The notes beneath the pieces are model-generated. The model was not told where the DNA came from, made no database searches, and saw only the letters and a list, made by a program, of their open reading frames with translations. Below are positions 23,109-37,462 of a stretch of DNA of 64,000 nucleotides, one piece after another. Numbering within the stretch: position 1 is the first letter of the stretch; each line of letters begins with the position of its first letter. Both the position numbers and the translations under genes were made by a program. The DNA comes from Amoebophrya sp. A120 (lineage: Eukaryota > Protista > Dinoflagellata): the NCBI GenBank assembly GCA_905178155.1, contig CAJINV010000003.1, positions 5,277,700 to 5,341,699 of the forward strand. Direction: 5' to 3'.

Positions 23109-24280
23109 TAGTCGGGTGGAAGAAGGGGATGAGGAAACGGCTGCGTCATGAACTGTCCCGCGCTGTATTTCATATTTGTTCGCAACCCCAAGTAAAACGA
23201 AACGAGAAACTTTTTCCCCCGATACACATTCATTATTCTCTCACACACTCCTACTCTATTTTTGTTTTCTCTTACCGTGGAGTTCTCAGTTACTCTCGTT
23301 ATCCTTATGTCATGATAAGCTTCAGCTTGCTTAGTAAAACGTCGACCCAGACCTGGAGTTTTTATTCCACTTGCTTAACAATAACACGACGACGCCCACC
23401 AATGTCGTAAAAATTATGTTCCGGTTTTACCGGAAAATATAAATATCCTTTGTTGTTTTTACGTTTTCTGCTTTTACAAGTACATTCACATTGCTACGGG
23501 ACCGAGGAGAAGTAAATTACTGTAGGAAAGATCGATAGCCAACCAGTTTTATCCCTGGGACCAAAGATCTACAAAATAGAGACTGCTGCAGTATCTATCA
23601 CGTAAGCATATCCATAGCCGTAGCCCGCAAATTTGACTTATTTCATAACCCAGAGAACGAAGAAGTCACTCCGTATCCCGAAACAACTTTTTACTTACAT
23701 GAATACCACGTCAAAACGCAATCAGTCAGATTGGTCGCCGCGCCAACGTGATCACGTTGCATCTATTGGCCGTCAACATCGTCGGTCCGTATTGATGTCG
23801 TTCGAATTGAGAGGACCTCGAGCGCTTACCGCTCGGTTGTATCAAAATGAGTTGAGGATTGAGTGAAGAGAATGTCTGCGATGTGTGTTTCTTTTCTGGA
23901 ATCGCCATCTCGTCTTTCGTTGGAAATTGAGTTTTAGAGTAATAGCAAGGTAGCAGATGAGCATAGTATTTTCGGCAGTTCTCTTTCGTTCACGGGTCGT
24001 TATTGGTCGTACTATCGAGGCACCTTGCGCACACTTACGCAGGATGAAAATGCACGTTTGTAGCACATTAATATTGAAGAGTTCGATTTACTAGTAAGAT
24101 CTAGACACTCAGAATAGAAGGTTTCCGTCGGCATACGGCAACAGAAAGATATGCCTTCTCAACGATGGGGACGACGAGCGCATCGGAAAATAAAGACGTC
24201 GACCTGACAGTCAGCCTGATTTTGAACTCCTGTTGACGGGGAAGCGGAACATAGGAGCCGATTAGAAGCCCGGGAACATC

Positions 24281-24829
24281 ATGTCGATCTTGGCGGAGTT
24301 TGGCTTCGGCGGTTTCCACGACTGCGAGCGGAGTACGAACTTGCTCGCGAATTTGTACACCCAGCTGCTGTGCGAGATGAAACAGAAGAAGTGGAACGGG
24401 CGGCGCATGGTCGAGCAGGTCCCGGAGGTGCAAAACTGCAACACGACAGACTGGATCTTTGAGAAGTCCACGCGTAACTGGATGAAGTGCTGTTCCCAGA
24501 AGCTGGGAATGATGACGCAGGGGGATTACCTGTGCCAGCACGTGGAGCCTTTGTACCAGCTGCCGCCGATGATGAAGACGAAGGACAGTCTGATGACGAA
24601 GGTGATGAAAGGGATGCTGCTCATGCTGAACGGTGTGCTAAAAACGAAGGGCGAGGGTGTGCGCGGGCCCGATCGCCCACCAAGGGAGGAGGACTCGCAG
24701 TCGGACGAGGGTGCGCAGCTCTGTTTCCAAACCGCGCGACCCGGGCGCTACCTGCAAGAAGGCTGCTACTGCCACCGAGGGATGGAAGAGTGCATCGACA
24801 CTAGCGAACAAGGAATGTTCTTCTTCTGA
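24281..24829 (+). CDS. hypothetical Cys-containing protein (possibly a terminal exon)
   Basis: 182-aa ORF with strong GC3 bias; no family recognised. Confidence 0.5.
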   Translation: MSILAEFGFGGFHDCERSTNLLANLYTQLLCEMKQKKWNGRRMVEQVPEVQNCNTTDWIFEKSTRNWMKCCSQKLGMMTQGDYLCQHVEPLYQLPPMMKTKDSLMTKVMKGMLLMLNGVLKTKGEGVRGPDRPPREEDSQSDEGAQLCFQTARPGRYLQEGCYCHRGMEECIDTSEQGMFFF

Positions 24830-25542
24830 AGCTGCTCCTTAGTACCGCAAGCAGCACAGAACTGGCCTCGGCAACACAGCAAGTTTCATGTCCGGAGGTC
24901 GATCAACTACGAGCAGGCGACTCATCAAATGAAAATCGAAATAAAGATCAAAATTATCGGAGTAGATGTTTGTCGACCCGCAGGCTTATTATACCGTCAT
25001 TTCATCGCCCGCGGCGTTTTGTGAGTACTTGGACTACAGATTTGTTTCTTCGAAGTGAGTAGAAAAGTAGAGAAATAAAAACAGAAAGGAATGCAGATAT
25101 TATAGCAGAGCTTTGAATTTTGCCGAGGACAAATACAAGTACCCAATTTTTGGTTACTGAGCAGCACCACTTGGCTCAGTGCCTCCAGCCGTCGATAAAG
25201 GGCGTCACTGAAAGAACTGAAGCATGAGCCTCGAGGTCGCACCGGGTCGAAGATGTTGCAAACGTTTGTTCAAATATCACATCATGGTGAACTGGAGTTT
25301 AGTTGGCATTGGCGAAGCTGGATCAATCGAGAAATCAATCATGCTTTGGTTGTATGGTCCTCGTATTATAACTGCATAGTACGCAGGTCGTGTGTGTCCG
25401 TCACCGTTGCTGACTGACACTGAAACAACTGCTACGTGCCAAGTCCCTTGGCAAAAGATAATCCATTCATTGCGTCCCTCCATCACAAAACTAGAAAGCC
25501 GATCTTCCGGAGCAGGTCGTCGTTGACATTGAGATCAATATC

Positions 25543-27369
25543 ATGGAAATAAATTTCCCGAATGCTGCACTGTGTCTGCATGAGATCAGTTCGAACATGG
25601 CGAACGCAGAAGATGCGGCAAGCCGTAGCGCACCGACGTTCTTGGATCATTGCGAAGGAGTGCTACGCGAATGCCGGGTAGCTTCTTGCATTGCGGAAAA
25701 ATGCCGGACGACCAAGGGCGGCAAAAACTCGTGGTGGGCCAAGGGTGTGGATCAAGCCGTTCAGTTTCTTCCCCTCGTCGACGACACAGGAGCAGTAAGA
25801 TGTACTCGTAAGTATGCAGCAGCAACGGAGGGGCATCAGCATCGGCAGGATCGGGGAGATGAAGAGGCCTGCCGGACGCTCTCTCGCCGATCTATCTTTG
25901 CGGATGATGTAGACGTCTGTCCTTCAATACTGCGAACTGCAGCTAGGCGGGGTCCTCTGCTGGGTGGCACTACCGCGAACAATGACACCGTCGGACCACC
26001 TTGTCTGGGCAGTGACGCGTTAGGCCCTTGTGCGGAACAAGGCGACAGTTTATTTCTGCTGTCCTCTCGCGCCGGGGCAGATGCAGAAGGAGCCGCGTCA
26101 GATGTATCATGGGATTGCGGAGGTGGACCACATCATGGTGCTTTCGGATCACCTTCCGGAGGAGGACCAGCAGGAAATGACAGCACGTATGAAAATACAA
26201 CAGTCTCCTCATCGATCGAAGCACTTCCGGACACTGCCTTTGAGCTCGTTTTTGATCGGCGCTTTTTCTGCCAGACGAGTAACAGTGCCACGTCAGTACT
26301 ATGCGCGCCGTCAGGCCTGAAAAGGCAGTTGGCGCTGCAAGCCGTGGCACAAGAGGCGCAAAGCCAAGATTTTTCCCGGTCGGCTCATAACAACTTCTCA
26401 GGACCAAGGATTTTTCCTTCTAACAGCGACTCCGTTCTACTTTCCCGAAGCAATACCTCGGTTCTGGAAAGTACGCACAAAGAAATGTGCTCGGCGCGTC
26501 GGTCTCAGCTGCGGCCGGAAATTACAGAGGTCCACCTCCTGGAAGAGCAAGCCTCGGTACAGCGACGGCGTTCTTCTACGAAGTATGGCCGCGGTTGTGG
26601 AAGATTTTTTTCTGCAGGTCGATTTATCGACGATGATTCTGAGATCTGCCCTCCTGGTGCGCGCAACATTGTCGCGCAAGTGCAACTCTTCCTGCATTTC
26701 TGGCAAGGCCGTGCAGTAGTCTCTTCGTACTCGCAAGCGTTGCGCATCCAACGCGAGCTGCCGTCGCCGCTTCGCGACACTGCGCGCGCACTTCTGGACT
26801 GCCAAAGTGCCGTGACTGCCAGTGGAGCTGGTGTTGACGTCCTTGGGAGAACCGGTAGTACTCTTGAAAACGCATTCCATTCACAACGTCAGGAGAATCA
26901 TGAGACGCTTCCACGAGGAGGAAACCAGCACGACGAGTTGCAAATAAGCGGAAGTCGGACTGCTGCAGACACGTCAACCTTCGAGGCGACACGAGAAGGT
27001 TCTGCAGCTGAAGAAGAACTGCTGGAACGCCTGCGATTGCAGACCCAGGCTTTGGTGGGCTTTGAACAACAGGGGCGCGCAACACAGATACGGTCGCCCG
27101 CCTCCCACCAGGGCGTTCCGGAAAGACGAGAAAAGAACCGTGACGATGTTGACCTCCGTAGTACTTTCAGGAACAATAACTGGGCTAGCTTAGGCAATCA
27201 TTATGCGAGAGGTGGGCAAGCAGAACTACAGCACTCGCGACATCAAAATGGAGCCAGCTTGACGAGCGACGTTAATTCGGTTCGTGAAACTCTCGACGTT
27301 GAGATTTTGCTCCTAAAGTCAGACATTTTTGGAATCATCACATCAATAAGCGACTTCGCGATCATCTGA
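25543..27369 (+). CDS. hypothetical protein, 608 aa
   Basis: Long uninterrupted ORF on the gene-block strand. Confidence 0.55.
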   Translation: MEINFPNAALCLHEISSNMANAEDAASRSAPTFLDHCEGVLRECRVASCIAEKCRTTKGGKNSWWAKGVDQAVQFLPLVDDTGAVRCTRKYAAATEGHQHRQDRGDEEACRTLSRRSIFADDVDVCPSILRTAARRGPLLGGTTANNDTVGPPCLGSDALGPCAEQGDSLFLLSSRAGADAEGAASDVSWDCGGGPHHGAFGSPSGGGPAGNDSTYENTTVSSSIEALPDTAFELVFDRRFFCQTSNSATSVLCAPSGLKRQLALQAVAQEAQSQDFSRSAHNNFSGPRIFPSNSDSVLLSRSNTSVLESTHKEMCSARRSQLRPEITEVHLLEEQASVQRRRSSTKYGRGCGRFFSAGRFIDDDSEICPPGARNIVAQVQLFLHFWQGRAVVSSYSQALRIQRELPSPLRDTARALLDCQSAVTASGAGVDVLGRTGSTLENAFHSQRQENHETLPRGGNQHDELQISGSRTAADTSTFEATREGSAAEEELLERLRLQTQALVGFEQQGRATQIRSPASHQGVPERREKNRDDVDLRSTFRNNNWASLGNHYARGGQAELQHSRHQNGASLTSDVNSVRETLDVEILLLKSDIFGIITSISDFAII

Positions 27370-30206
27370 CAGATAAATGTCGCGGCCACAAGCGACTCTT
27401 TGATTGAGAGTAAAAAATACGCGCATGAAGAAGATCATCACGACAGGTCGCATCTAGTGTGATCAACATAGACTACTTGAAGCACCCTCTGCAAAGCACC
27501 TCCGCGAATTCGAGTCACTGAGACATAATCCAATAAATGAAGGTTTGCAGCAGTCACGGCAAACTCACAAAAGCGATCAAGTGCAGCTAAGACGTAAAAT
27601 CAGGCACTCAAAATTCCAATTCCTCACGCGGTCGCGCAGATCTTATGAATTTGCACTTATCTAGTACTAGTGCATTGTTCATTTAGTCTGCCCCACGTAC
27701 GATCGATGCATGTTGAAATCTCCTGCTTCTGCTTCGATTATTTTAGGTTTAGTCTCTCCTGCCTTTGCTTTTGCACCAACAAGCATTGCTTTTGCTTTAG
27801 AGTATTTTATATGCGAATGCGTAATTGTGTAAATTACGATTACGAATCAATTGGACACGAAGATTGAAGGCAAACAGAAATCAAAATCCAACAAAGTAAA
27901 TCAGAGCGAGGAGTCGAATACCAATACAACGTAGAAATGCGAAAAATGACGGGTCGGCGCCAATTGGAGCGTTCTGTTCCAGATGTTCTTTATCGCGGGC
28001 AAAGAAAGCAAGCCACAGAAATTGTTCCACTGAAGTACTATCGGCAAGAGTCCACCACTACTAGCATAATGATAGATGTAGATCTTCATTCATGGCGCAA
28101 CATCACGATGTTGCACGAAAGTAAATCATGAAGATCATTCGTAGGATCTTCAAAAACAAAATTGTTGGAGAGACACACGACACTCACCATCAATCGAAAC
28201 TTCCTTACGAGCTGCAAATGGCGTGAGCGAGAACACTACGTACCCCTGCGTGTATCAATCAATGCAAATGCTTTCAATGATTCCGACATTTCCTTAGCCC
28301 ATAGCGTCCTTATGAAATAAAGAAATGGATGAATTGGAAATTATACAAGAATTACCCCGAAGCCGAAGATCCCCTCTCCTACATTGCGCTAAGTACTTAC
28401 ACATAAGCAATAGATTTTAGAGTGTTTCCTGCACTTGCTTCGTGACACGAGAAGGATTTTTTTACTTCTGGAATCGCCTGCGGCCTTTTACAGTTCATTT
28501 GACAATCATGTAAGTTCTGTGTGTCTGCGTTTGTTCTTTATTCTTTCCTGTGCTTCCTCTTCTATCATTTCTTTTTCAGATTCGATTCAAATTGTATCGG
28601 GCAGCTCGGTTTGTGTTTGTTCCTCGGAAACAAAGAAAGGGAAAGGCAAGGGTGTACTTGTCCGAGTAAGTACAACATGATTTTCATCAGGCACACTGGT
28701 TGTGCTTGCTCGAATTCTTTGTACTCGGAAAAACGCGAGGACCAGCTGAACTCGGGGAGCTGTCGCTCTCAGACAAGTTTTGAAACCGACCGGCGATGAT
28801 GTATGGTGCGGGTATGTTGCGATCCTGGGCGGGCATGCGACGCCATGTGAGCATCATGCCGGAGCGGGCGTCTGGATGATATTTCGGAAGGACGCAAACG
28901 AGACAGCTTTTTTCCTAACCGTGTTTCGGACGCGACTTATCGATTTCACAATCTTCACAGGGATCTAGTTAGGCTCGTTTGATGGTCTATTTCGCCCATG
29001 ATTGATGGAAAACAAAACTAACTACGCAAAAAAAGAAGTCCCCCGGAGGAGGGTTCTTCGCTTCATCAACGAGCTTGATGTTGAGAAATGAAGGATAGTT
29101 AATACATCCGACGAGAGGGTTTGATGCTAGAATGTAGAATGCGTGCTGGACGAGGCGTGCAGCGATGTTGATGTGTGACGTCGGCACTAGGCGATGACTT
29201 CAGCGTGACTTGCTCGCATCAAGTTCTGTGCTGGGCTCAGAGAGAGAGACCGCTACAATTATGCATGTGGTGCCGTGAAGGTGAAGGTGAAGCCAGGCAA
29301 AAAATCATGTCAGTCCGGCGGAGATGATAGATTGAGATCTAACGCGTGTGCTTGCATTGGTTTCAGTCCCTCCGGTGCTCCTTCCGGAAGTGTGATCAAA
29401 AATCTTGCCTTGAGCAAGCTCTCTGTACCGAATCCGAATCTAAGTAGGACGATTGAAAAGATTGCGTCAGCGCTCGGTTCATGCACGTGACAGCTGCGGT
29501 GGGGGTGAATAGATAAAAGGCAGTCCAACCAGGAGCTCTTTGTAGGTGTGGTGTCTCTTCTACTTCTTTGTCTTCCTTCATTCGTCGCTTGGCATCTGGA
29601 TAGAATAAATCTCGAAACGAAGCAAGAGGCATGAAGCAATTTATTAACTGAAAAATGTTGCGTCTTTTCTCCTTTTTGAAAGACTGAATTCGTATTTTTG
29701 ATTTTTTTGTACGACCAGTGTGGGCGGACGGAACTCGAATTCGATCTGATTTGAAAGATACACATAAACATTTGCATTTTCTGTACTAGGTGTAAGAGCG
29801 TCGCTTTGGTCGTGATTCAAACAAACTATTTTTTTCTATGACTTCTGCAGTGGCTGATACTAAAGGTAAAGTGAAGTTTCGTGGTCATGTCTTCAGACGT
29901 AGGTCGTAGGCGCGCACTAACTAGTAAAGGACTGATCTTGTGAAAGAAGAAGAAGATTCGGTAAGTAGCTCGTTGCCCTTTCTCTATCTCGCTAAATAAG
30001 TTACCTTCAAATTGAAATTTTACTTTTCTCTACAAACTCTAGATCGCTCCTTTACATATGATTACTTGTCCACGGAATTCTCAATATACGAGACTTTTGA
30101 GCACCTCTGGGGTACCAAAGTTGCCTGAGTCGATTTCTTAAGTTCTCGCGTTTTGGTTTTCGATTTCCTTGTAACAAGTACTATTTTCATCAATTCAGAT
30201 TCTAAA

Positions 30207-33200
30207 ATGAGTTCCAAACCCGAAGAACGCGATGGAGATGCTGGCGAAGAATCAGAGGAGGAAGTCTTCGCAATGCCGCCAGGTATATATCATTTTATAT
30301 CAATACTAGGGTAGTATCGTGAGAGTTTCTGCGCAGCAAATAAGGAGTTGAAGAGAATGATGCAGGACGAGGGCGATTGTACTTAATTGCAGCGCACGCC
30401 TGCTTGGCACTTTTGCATGGCATTTTTTGCATCCAGCAAAGGGTAATATTTTGGGCATTTTTTGCATCCAGCAAAGCCGCGCCATGTAGTTTCAGCTCCA
30501 GACCAAAATGAAATTTCAGGTTGGGACGCCGCACCAGGGACACGGGAAACAGCAGAGGATGACAGCGACCAAACGGAAGAGGAGGATGAGGAGGCGGAAA
30601 TCGGGGCTGACATCAACGAAAACCTGACAGCCGGAGTCGTGGTGGGTGGCTCTTCTGGTTCATCGGCTCCAGGACCAGGACTTAAAGAGGAGCAGCCTTC
30701 TACTGCGAAAGCTGTTGATAAATCTGAGGCTGCGAATGAGATTGAGAAGAAGGAAGTTGTGGAGGCGGCAACCGAGATGAAAAGGGAAGTTGCGGAGCCG
30801 ACGAGTAGGGTCGAAGGCGAGGTGGACCAAAAATCTGCAGCCTCTACGACCTCTGCCAGTGGAGCGAAAGTGGCACTCGAGAATAGAACAAGTGCGGCAC
30901 AAGCTATGGAACGAACAACGGGACGAGGAGATGCTGCGGTTGCAGCGTCGGGAAGTGCGACTGCCGCGGTGGCGGGAGGCGGGCCGAAGGCGCCGGTCGG
31001 GCAGAGCGAAGAAAAGGTGGGGTCGCCCAAAAACAAGGCGGGCAGCCCGGGACTAGTTTTACTACCGAACAGCGACAACAAGGCTCTGGTGCCAGATGGG
31101 GCCGAAGGGGACTCTGGAAATAACCCTTTAGAGCGCGCAACAGGTCGTGGCCAGCAGGGTACTGCTGATCAGCAGCCGAAAATAAATGCTGTCGAACCGA
31201 ACAAGGCGAGCCCCGTATTGACAAACGGTGGGCAGCAGGAGCAGGTACCTAAACCTGCCGCACCGGAGCAGCTCTCCAGTAGTACCACGAAAGCTGATAC
31301 ACACATGGACGCAGCGCCGCCCACCGCAGCACCGTCAGGCACTGGTGGCGCTGCCACAGAAGGGACCAAGGGTACCTTTCGTCCTACAGTCGGGAGCACA
31401 GCTAGACTAAATGAGAAAGAACCACAACTGGGTGCTGCATCTTCTGGTGCGCTACCCACTACTTCTGCACAGCAGCCGGCAGTCTCTACAGTTGCGAGTC
31501 CATCGGCCGGAGAAGTAGCGCAGAAAAATGCCGAATCTGCAGCGGTGAACACAACTTCGAGCGGCAGTTTGATTCCATTAGCAGAGGCGAGCGGGCTTCA
31601 GGCGGGTCAGGCAAATGCCAACTCGGTAGGAGAGTCGACGACCATGGCTTTCAGCCCAGAAGCATTTGAAGAAGACGAGGACGATGACGACGACGAGGAT
31701 GAGGACGAGATCACGCCGCGAGCAGTTTTCGATGATGATACCGGAGAGTTGCACTCCTATGAAACAGAGCAAGCTGTACCTCTACCTCTGCCGGCGCACT
31801 TATCAGATACAGAAGTGCGTGTTGCAACATCAAGTGAAGCTTTTTTTTTCTGAGGACAGCAACAGGTGGCGTGTTGTAACCACAGAAGCAGAAGTAAATC
31901 TCGTCAATCCGTTCAGTGAATGCATGAAGATCGAAGGTGGGAGCTAAGGCTAAGTAAAAATGTATGCCGTTTATCAAATATCAAGTACAAGAAGTTCCTG
32001 AAATGGAACGTATGTTAATGTTACACAGCCAATATGCATGTCTTTTGAGTATGTGAGAGGATTAAGGCTCACGCATTCGTTATCTGACACCAGGCAAGTT
32101 CAGGTACTGTGGGGCTTTTCAGTTTCACAGAGAAAGCGTCGCACAACTCACCCAGTTTCCGCGAAGGTGTCTTGCGGATCTCACATGGCCGCCACCGCAA
32201 CTGAAGTGTGCCAAGGTAAAGATTTTAAGTTTTTTCCTTCATTTGCTTTTTGTTTCGAACTCCGTGTTCTTGAGAAATTAGTGCAACCAATAAAAGTTGC
32301 TGCGGACGCAGGATGTGCTTTGTATTTGAGTATGAAGATTAACAGGCGACTTAAGTAATAGTAATTGAAACCTTGTCCGAAGGGTTCGTTTGTCGTTGCC
32401 CATGTAGTTCGTGAGTCGTTTTTCTTTTTTTCCTACGTATTGATTGTCTGCAGCCGCTCAGTACTTATTTGCATGATTAATGATTTGTGCACAGGTTCTG
32501 CGCCCAAATCCGTTTGACGACAGCCGAGCGGGCGAGATGACGGCACAGGGCCACTGGCGCGTAGTAATCGACGAGCAGGACCACTTGAAGAACAAGCCCA
32601 ACACGGCGGCGGCGGACGGGCAGCAGTACGCAACTAACTTTGTGGCGTTCTACCTGCACCGGCGACTGTTTGGCGAAGACGTGAAAGAGATCCCCGGGGC
32701 AGCTGACGGTGTGGCGACCACGTCCGGCACTACTAGCACTTCTACTGCCGGGACTGCGACTGCCTCCAAAGGAAGCGAAAACAATAAAACGGGGTCGGCG
32801 ACCACGTCGAGCAGTGCAACCGCATCTTCAAGTGGCACCACGGCAGGTACAACTACTGCGTCGTCCTCCTCGTCCGCAGGTGCGCCGGACGAGGCGTCGT
32901 TGACGATCAGCGCGAAACTGCAGGAGCAGTACCCGGTGATTCACTTTCTGAAGCGGGGGAGCCAGACTCTGCAGGAGAAGCTGAAGCTGCTGATGTCGTT
33001 GCTGCATGATAACAACAAAAACCGGCGGCGAGAGCCCAAGGAGCTAATCGAGGCCCTGTGGTACACACTGAGCCCGGAGGAGCAGCAGCACGTGCACAAG
33101 AATTTGCCGGATTTGGCGAAGTACGCGAAAGTAGCGAAGCGACCGCGACCGGCAGCGGAGGCTGGCACTGCTGACCAACAACTACACCCGGCGAAGCTGC

Positions 33201-35538
33201 AAAGAGTGTCGCCCGGAGGTAGATCGGGGGTGGGCGGCGGGGGGGCCAACAAAGCAGCGCCGGGGTCGATTGCAGCAAGCAGTTCCGCGATTAGGCCGGG
33301 AACAACCTCCACTTCGACGGCCACTGCAGGTGGACTACAACAGGTCGGTCCTTCAAGGACTGCTGGCGTACTAGGCGCCCCACCACCCCCCGCGGCGACC
33401 GCGAAAGCAGCCGCACTGAGTACAAACAAAACCGAACAGCAGATCGTGGACGACGCAAATTTTGTGGTGACGGACGACGGCGTCACGACGCTGCGGGTCA
33501 TGAATCTGCCCGTGGGCGTGAAAGCCCAGGAGCTGGGGCAGGTGTTCCAGAGCTATTCTGTCCTGGGGGTCAACGTGAAGAAGTCCAAGAAAAACGACCG
33601 CTATGTCGGCTTCGTGCGCGTGGCGAACCGGCCCCAGGCCAAGCTCGCGATAGAAGCAATGGAAGCGAAGAAGCTCAAGTTCGGCGACATTCTCCTCAAC
33701 ATTGCAATCGACGAAGCCCAAACAAGGGTCGCCCAGCAGGCCGTGGAAGCCCAGAGGAAGCAGGCCGAAAGTGCCGCGTCTGGCCTCTCCAATGTCAGCA
33801 AGGAAGAGATCCAGAAAAAGGTATTTTTTCTATACTTTCATATACACGGCATGATTCGGTTTCGTTACGGTTCTTGCATCTGGTGTTACTGGTACAACGA
33901 CTGGAACTACAAGAACTTCAATTCCAACCGAAGATCAGGAGTAATCGAAATCCCCGATCTTTACTGTCTCGGAGCCGTATGTTTCTGCGCAAACAGACAC
34001 GGAAATAGAAACTGCAAGCGAAGCTTCAAGATAAACATAAGCACAAAAAATTCGAACACAGGTTTGGGTACCGCGGGTCACGTTCTCAAATCGGGTTCTG
34101 GGGATACAGATGTCACGACTAAAGTTGACCGACCAGGGTCTTGCAGAGTGGTGCCAATGGGTCCCGAAGGTTCTCACCGAGCTGGAGAAGCATAATCGAG
34201 GCAAATTAGCCAATGCAGTGCTCGATTTTTCGCACAACCAGCTAACCGACGCCGGGGTAGGACAACTGGTCGAAATGCTGAAGAAGCAGCGGGTGCACGT
34301 TGCGGACCTGTCGCTCGGTCACAATCTTCTCACAGACCAGAGCATGCGCTCCCTTGGCGAGCTGGTCACAAGCCAGACAGACCCCATGCACAAACTGGGG
34401 CTCGAATCCAACACGTTCACCGCTAAAGGCATACTTTACCTGTCGCGAAAGTTGAAAAACAACACAAACAGCAGCTATCCAAGGTATGACTACCACCTAA
34501 AGAAATCCTTTGACTTCCAACACATTCACATTCCCATAGCGATAGCAGAACAGAAGTACGATTTCAAATTCAGTTTTATGTCGTGACTCAGGTAGTTCAT
34601 GTTGTATCGAGACGCTTGCGAGACCGAGAGTATCCGTACCCGCTCCCTAGCGTTTGCGATATGAGCTGAACGTGAGCATGAGGATAAGGAGTTGAATGCA
34701 CATATAGCTTATTTGTATGAAGATACTTCTGCTACTGGCTCGAAGCTCAAATTACGTACACCTCAGGTTCGACCAGACGACGCTGAAATACGTGAGTTTT
34801 CAGCTGTCGGTCCGCGGAAACGAGAACCTAGACGCCAACGAGCTCCTCGCACTCCTGGCGCAAAATGACATTGCGCAGTGCCAAAAGTTGCAGGAAGGTC
34901 GAGGGAGCACGTCGCTAAACTGCCCTATGCTCTACCTGCCCGGCCTCACCTCCGTGGAAGTCTTAGGTTCTTAATATTGACAGCGACTCTAGTACTAGAG
35001 ATGTTCAGTTCTTTTCACGATTTCTACTCCATTATGATGATGTTTCTGTCTGTCCATAGCTGCCAGTTCAGTTTGAAATTGGAGTGCACAGACATTAACG
35101 AAGGGAATTTTTTTACTTTTCAAAACGAAAATCGGAACTACAGGTAGCGAGATGCCCACGAGAAGCAAAGCGGCCGGGCCCGCATTGATGCACCCAAATG
35201 TGGATGAGGATGTAAGTCGCGCACTGGGCCCTGAAATGATGGCAACGGTCTTCGGGAAAGCCCCTCCGGCGAAGGCGTCGGCGCACCCCGCCGGATGGCA
35301 GATGGATCCCTGGCGCAAGGGCGGTGGGGGTGCCCACCCTTCAGCAGGCTTCGGCCACGGGCACCACGCCTATCATGGCGGCTACGGCGGCGCGCATCCC
35401 CAGGGTGCGTATGGACTTCACCATCCCGGTGCGTACAAGGGAGCAGGGGGACACCCGGCAGCGTACAAAGGCGCCGGAAAGCGAACGGTCCGCGCAAGCG
35501 ATTTCAAACCAAACGGCAAGGGCGGCAGACTCTACTAG
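30207..35538 (+). CDS. multi-exon low-complexity protein with RRM and LRR regions and a Gly/His-rich C-terminus (may be two genes)
   Basis: RRM-like TLRVMNLP...YVGFVRV at about 33490-33710; LRR-like LDFSHNQLTDAG, LSLGHNLLTDQS and LGLESNTFT at 34110-34480; plausible GT-AG junctions link the exons. Confidence 0.6.
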
Positions 35539-36657
35539 AGCGGGATTCATTCTGTAATATTGTTGAAATAGGCTTAGACGGTTTAAACTGCGTAGTCGAG
35601 TAAATCTATCTATATTGAAACGCAGCCATCATCAAGAACAGGTTGTAGATGTACTTATGTATCCAAAGCACCCTCCTCGCTCTTGGTATACTACACTTGT
35701 TTTCGTCGGTGGCGGCTCAGAATCAGATGACGGAAGATCGAATCAAGCGACGATTTCACAACTGAAGCAAACATCAACGTCTGTGTAGAAAAATAACGTG
35801 TCATATGGCGAAAAGGTCAATGTCTGAATCGCCCGAACGCCCCGTTCGCATTTTCAGAGATTTTCATGAGACCCGAGCGACCCCCCTCCAGCTGGACTAG
35901 CGGTATGCGACAATAAACCTGAAAGGACGCCACGCAGGGTCGTGATTATCAGCGCTCTAGTACTGCGCGACTGATTCTCGCAGCTGTGCTGCTGAGCCCT
36001 TATTCGAATCTGATGAATTAAGGGACACGTATAATACGTGCGTACACAAATTGCAGTTGAGTGTTGTTCTAGGACAGCATGGATTTCTTTGTTGTCCAAT
36101 CATCTTCGTTTACGAGCACAAGTGCGAAGTCAGGTGGTCCTTGACACAGCATATGACACAAACGTAGTTTTATGAAGTGACTACAAATCGGTCGTTAACA
36201 TATCAACGAGAAGTCTTGATGTCAATCATTTTATACGGTTGTTGTGTAACCACACTCGTATGAATGAAAAACGACCTCGGTGAATGTTTTTTGTGACGTT
36301 TTTTCCGAGCTGATGGCTGAATGCGCGGCGATTTACGTGCTCGATATTCTTCGGTCAACATTGGTGGAGAAACCCACTGAGTACTTAAGTAACTTACTAA
36401 CCCCATTCCCACGACAACGCCGACCCACCCTCAAAGCGAAATCTCTGTAAGAATGTTCGGTCTCATCTAGCGTGATACTTACGTCTTTCTTAAAGAATCT
36501 TTTTCGTTTTCGTTACATTTTTCTTTGTTCTTTAACGATCTTCGGTATCGCCAGCGCTAGGTAGTATCTTGTTTGTTAAAGAGTAATACTCTCATTCTCC
36601 GGTCGTGAGCATATTGTCACCGTCTCTTCTAGGGAGCGGTCCTCCAGGACTTGCACG

Positions 36658-37266
36658 ATGGGAAACGGGCCCTCCGGGCCTAGCGGTACGATCTTCGAGA
36701 CCGAGTACGGCCTTCCTGCGCCGGCCGATGTATGTGCGCGCGCTCTCGCCTCGCCGGACTTCTGGCGTCGAATTCGCGATTATATGGATCTCCACGCTGG
36801 CGGGCGGGAACACGTGAGTGACCCAAAGTGGGACTGGGCTCGACGCGTCACTTGGGACGGAAACGAGATCCCGGAATGTGAGCTGTCACAGGAGGTGGAG
36901 CTGGACCGTGAGTGGTTCGTCCTAATTGACCGTCGCGAGAAGGTCGGCTACTGCGGCGCCGTACTAATTCGCGGAAAGACCACCCGCCACGTGATGTTCC
37001 CAAACCAGTTCTGGGTCGAGCTGACGGTGCATACGTCCACCTGTCACGACTCCGGGATGTTCCTGCCGATGAACTTCGCGAAAGGCCCGCACGCGCGCAT
37101 GTGGACCGTGAACCTGTGGCTAGAGCCTTACGAGCTGCAAGATAGTTCGGGCGCTGCGGTCTCCACCGGAGTGGAGTCATCGAGAAGATTCCCTGCACCC
37201 GAGTCATCGAGAAGATTCACGGCTTCACCAAGAATCACTATAAGATTTGCAACTGGGACCCAGTGA
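36658..37266 (+). CDS. intronless hypothetical protein (possible N-myristoylation MGNGPS)
   Basis: 202-aa ORF with coding-like GC3, inside the direct-repeat-bounded segment. Confidence 0.55.
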   Translation: MGNGPSGPSGTIFETEYGLPAPADVCARALASPDFWRRIRDYMDLHAGGREHVSDPKWDWARRVTWDGNEIPECELSQEVELDREWFVLIDRREKVGYCGAVLIRGKTTRHVMFPNQFWVELTVHTSTCHDSGMFLPMNFAKGPHARMWTVNLWLEPYELQDSSGAAVSTGVESSRRFPAPESSRRFTASPRITIRFATGTQ

Positions 37267-37462
37267 TGAGTCCTGCGGGGCTCCGCACGGAATTTTCTTT
37301 GTCCCGACCCGGGGAGATAGAGCGCTGGAAGGCGGCGATCCGGGAAATAGAGGAGTCTCGGACCCGGTACGCGCACGTTGACTAAATTTCATGAGGGACC
37401 TGTCAAGGAGAGACCGTAGTGGAAGACAGACCACAATTATTTTCACTGTCAAAACGTATATT

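Noticed and set aside
30419-30476. 23-bp direct repeat ggcattttttgcatccagcaaag
   Set aside because: A local duplication within a canonical intron; no element ends found.
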